Positions 62,926 through 64,000 of a DNA stretch of 64,000 nucleotides are shown piece by piece. Every line of letters starts with the position of its first letter. The first letter of the stretch is position 1. Origin of the DNA: Camelus dromedarius (Eukaryota). Location: assembly GCF_036321535.1 (NCBI RefSeq), contig NC_087444.1, positions 77,872,001 through 77,936,000 of the forward strand. The letters are read 5' to 3'. A model generated the notes under the pieces. The model did no database searches. It saw only the letters and a program-made list of their open reading frames with translations, and was not told the origin of the DNA. Made by a program: the position numbers and the translations under genes.

Positions 62926-63243
62926 GCCCGGCCCCTCGGCTGCGTCTGGCCGATGGCCCCCATGGGTGTGCTGGCCGGCTGGAGGTGTGGCACGCCGGGC
63001 GCTGGGGGACAGTGTGTGATGACGCCTGGGACCTGCGGGACGCCGCTGTGGCCTGCCGGGAGCTGGGCTGCGGGGGGGCGCTGGCCGCCCCCGGAGGCGC
63101 CTTCTTTGGGGAGGGGGCTGGACCCATCCTCCTGGATGATCTTCGCTGTCGGGGAAACGAGACAGCCTTGCGGTACTGTCCGGCGAGGCCCTGGGGCCAG
63201 CACGACTGTCATCACCGGGAAGACGCCGGGGCTGTGTGTGATG
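62926..63243 (+). CDS. SSC5D: SSC5D exon 7, SRCR domain 3
   Basis: [35 protein letters not shown]. 318 nt, donor G|GTGAGG. Confidence 0.97.
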
Positions 63244-63485
63244 GTGAGGGGGAGAGGCCAGAGAGGTTGGGCGTTGGGGGATCTCAAGAGGAGGGCAAGA
63301 ACTGGGGGGGCTCGTGTATTTTCCTGATTATACCCCGCGTGTCCCACACTCCCCCATCCCGACTGCCCACCCGCCCCATGTCGTGCTTGCCCCTGAACCC
63401 TCCCCTACATCAGGGTCCTAGGCCACGCGGTGTGGGGAGCCGCCTACAGCCCAGCAGTGGGTGCTGATCACCTCTTCCGGCCCAG

Positions 63486-63611
63486 GTATGCCTCCCGGAT
63501 ACGTCCCTCCCACGGCCCTGCCCCCCACGGCGAGCCAGGCCCCTCGGACAGCAGGCATTTCTCCTCCACCTGCCTCCCCTGCTGCCCCTCAGGAACCTGG
63601 GCCGGAAGCTG
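63486..63611 (+). CDS. SSC5D: SSC5D exon 8, Pro/Thr-rich linker; gene continues beyond the window
   Basis: Acceptor CCCAG|GT. Reads MPPGYVPPTALPPTASQAPRTAG..EPGPEA. Donor G|GTGAGT, 126 nt. Confidence 0.88.
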
Positions 63612-64000
63612 GTGAGTTCCTTCTGCTCCCCCAGATATGGGCCTTGGCTTCTATTTCCTGCCCCCAGATGCCCTCCCTCCCTGCTCAGACTGTCTGGGGG
63701 TAGGGGAGGGTGGAGGGTGGGAGATAGCCCACACTCAGAAGGGCCCCTGCTGGGCTTAATGCTCTGCTCTCACAAATCTGGAAGGCACTGGGTCAGCGAT
63801 GGCTGTTCTTTTAAAACACAGGCTTCATTATCAGTCAGGTAGGGGGAGGCCAGCAGATGAGGAGACGAGTGTCATTGGAGAGGTAGTTGGTTTCTCACCG
63901 TCCCCCAGAGGAGGGGACACAGCATGCCACACGGCACAGGGCCACATGAAAAAGCACAAGGGTCCCTCAGGAAGTGGAGGCACTGATGGGTGAACGTGGG

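Overview
Gene-dense, GC-rich mammalian genomic DNA, probably camelid: the one young SINE at 34546-34691 resembles the camelid vic-1 family (recalled, not searched). The gene order matches human 19q13.42: SHISA7(-), ISOC2(-), C19orf85(-), ZNF628(+), NAT14(+), SSC5D(+, truncated by the window end). I built the exon models by hand from GT-AG sites and phase. SHISA7 join(17555-18240,15890-16044,14326-14391,13736-13885,11876-12519) = 566 aa, or 544 aa without the 66-nt cassette. ISOC2 join(28561-28695,28042-28251,27656-27726,27394-27511,25735-25815) = 204 aa. C19orf85 join(38715-38887,33203-33662) = 210 aa. ZNF628 is 50877-54053, with a probable 7-nt coding start at 50102-50108. NAT14 join(55401-55472,56283-56831) = 206 aa. 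SSC5D exons 1-8 give 449 codons with SRCR domains 1-3. Intergenic and intronic DNA is mostly old L1M, L2, MIR, MLT and MER repeats, with approximate boundaries and family names assigned by eye. There are no rRNA, tRNA or CRISPR loci. The best leads are: (1) the C19orf85 N-terminus looks like a FAM181/PERCC1-type TEAD-binding helix without an omega-loop; (2) the SHISA7 3'UTR carries two decayed ~30-35 bp arrays with 21 CRE-like TGACATCA/TGATGTCA octamers and 15 putative miR-489-3p seed matches; (3) a 66-nt SHISA7 cassette exon; (4) stop-free, in-frame read-through junctions between tandem genes; (5) N-runs that appear to be exact-length masks. All comparisons to human, mouse or miRNA sequences are from memory and need checking.
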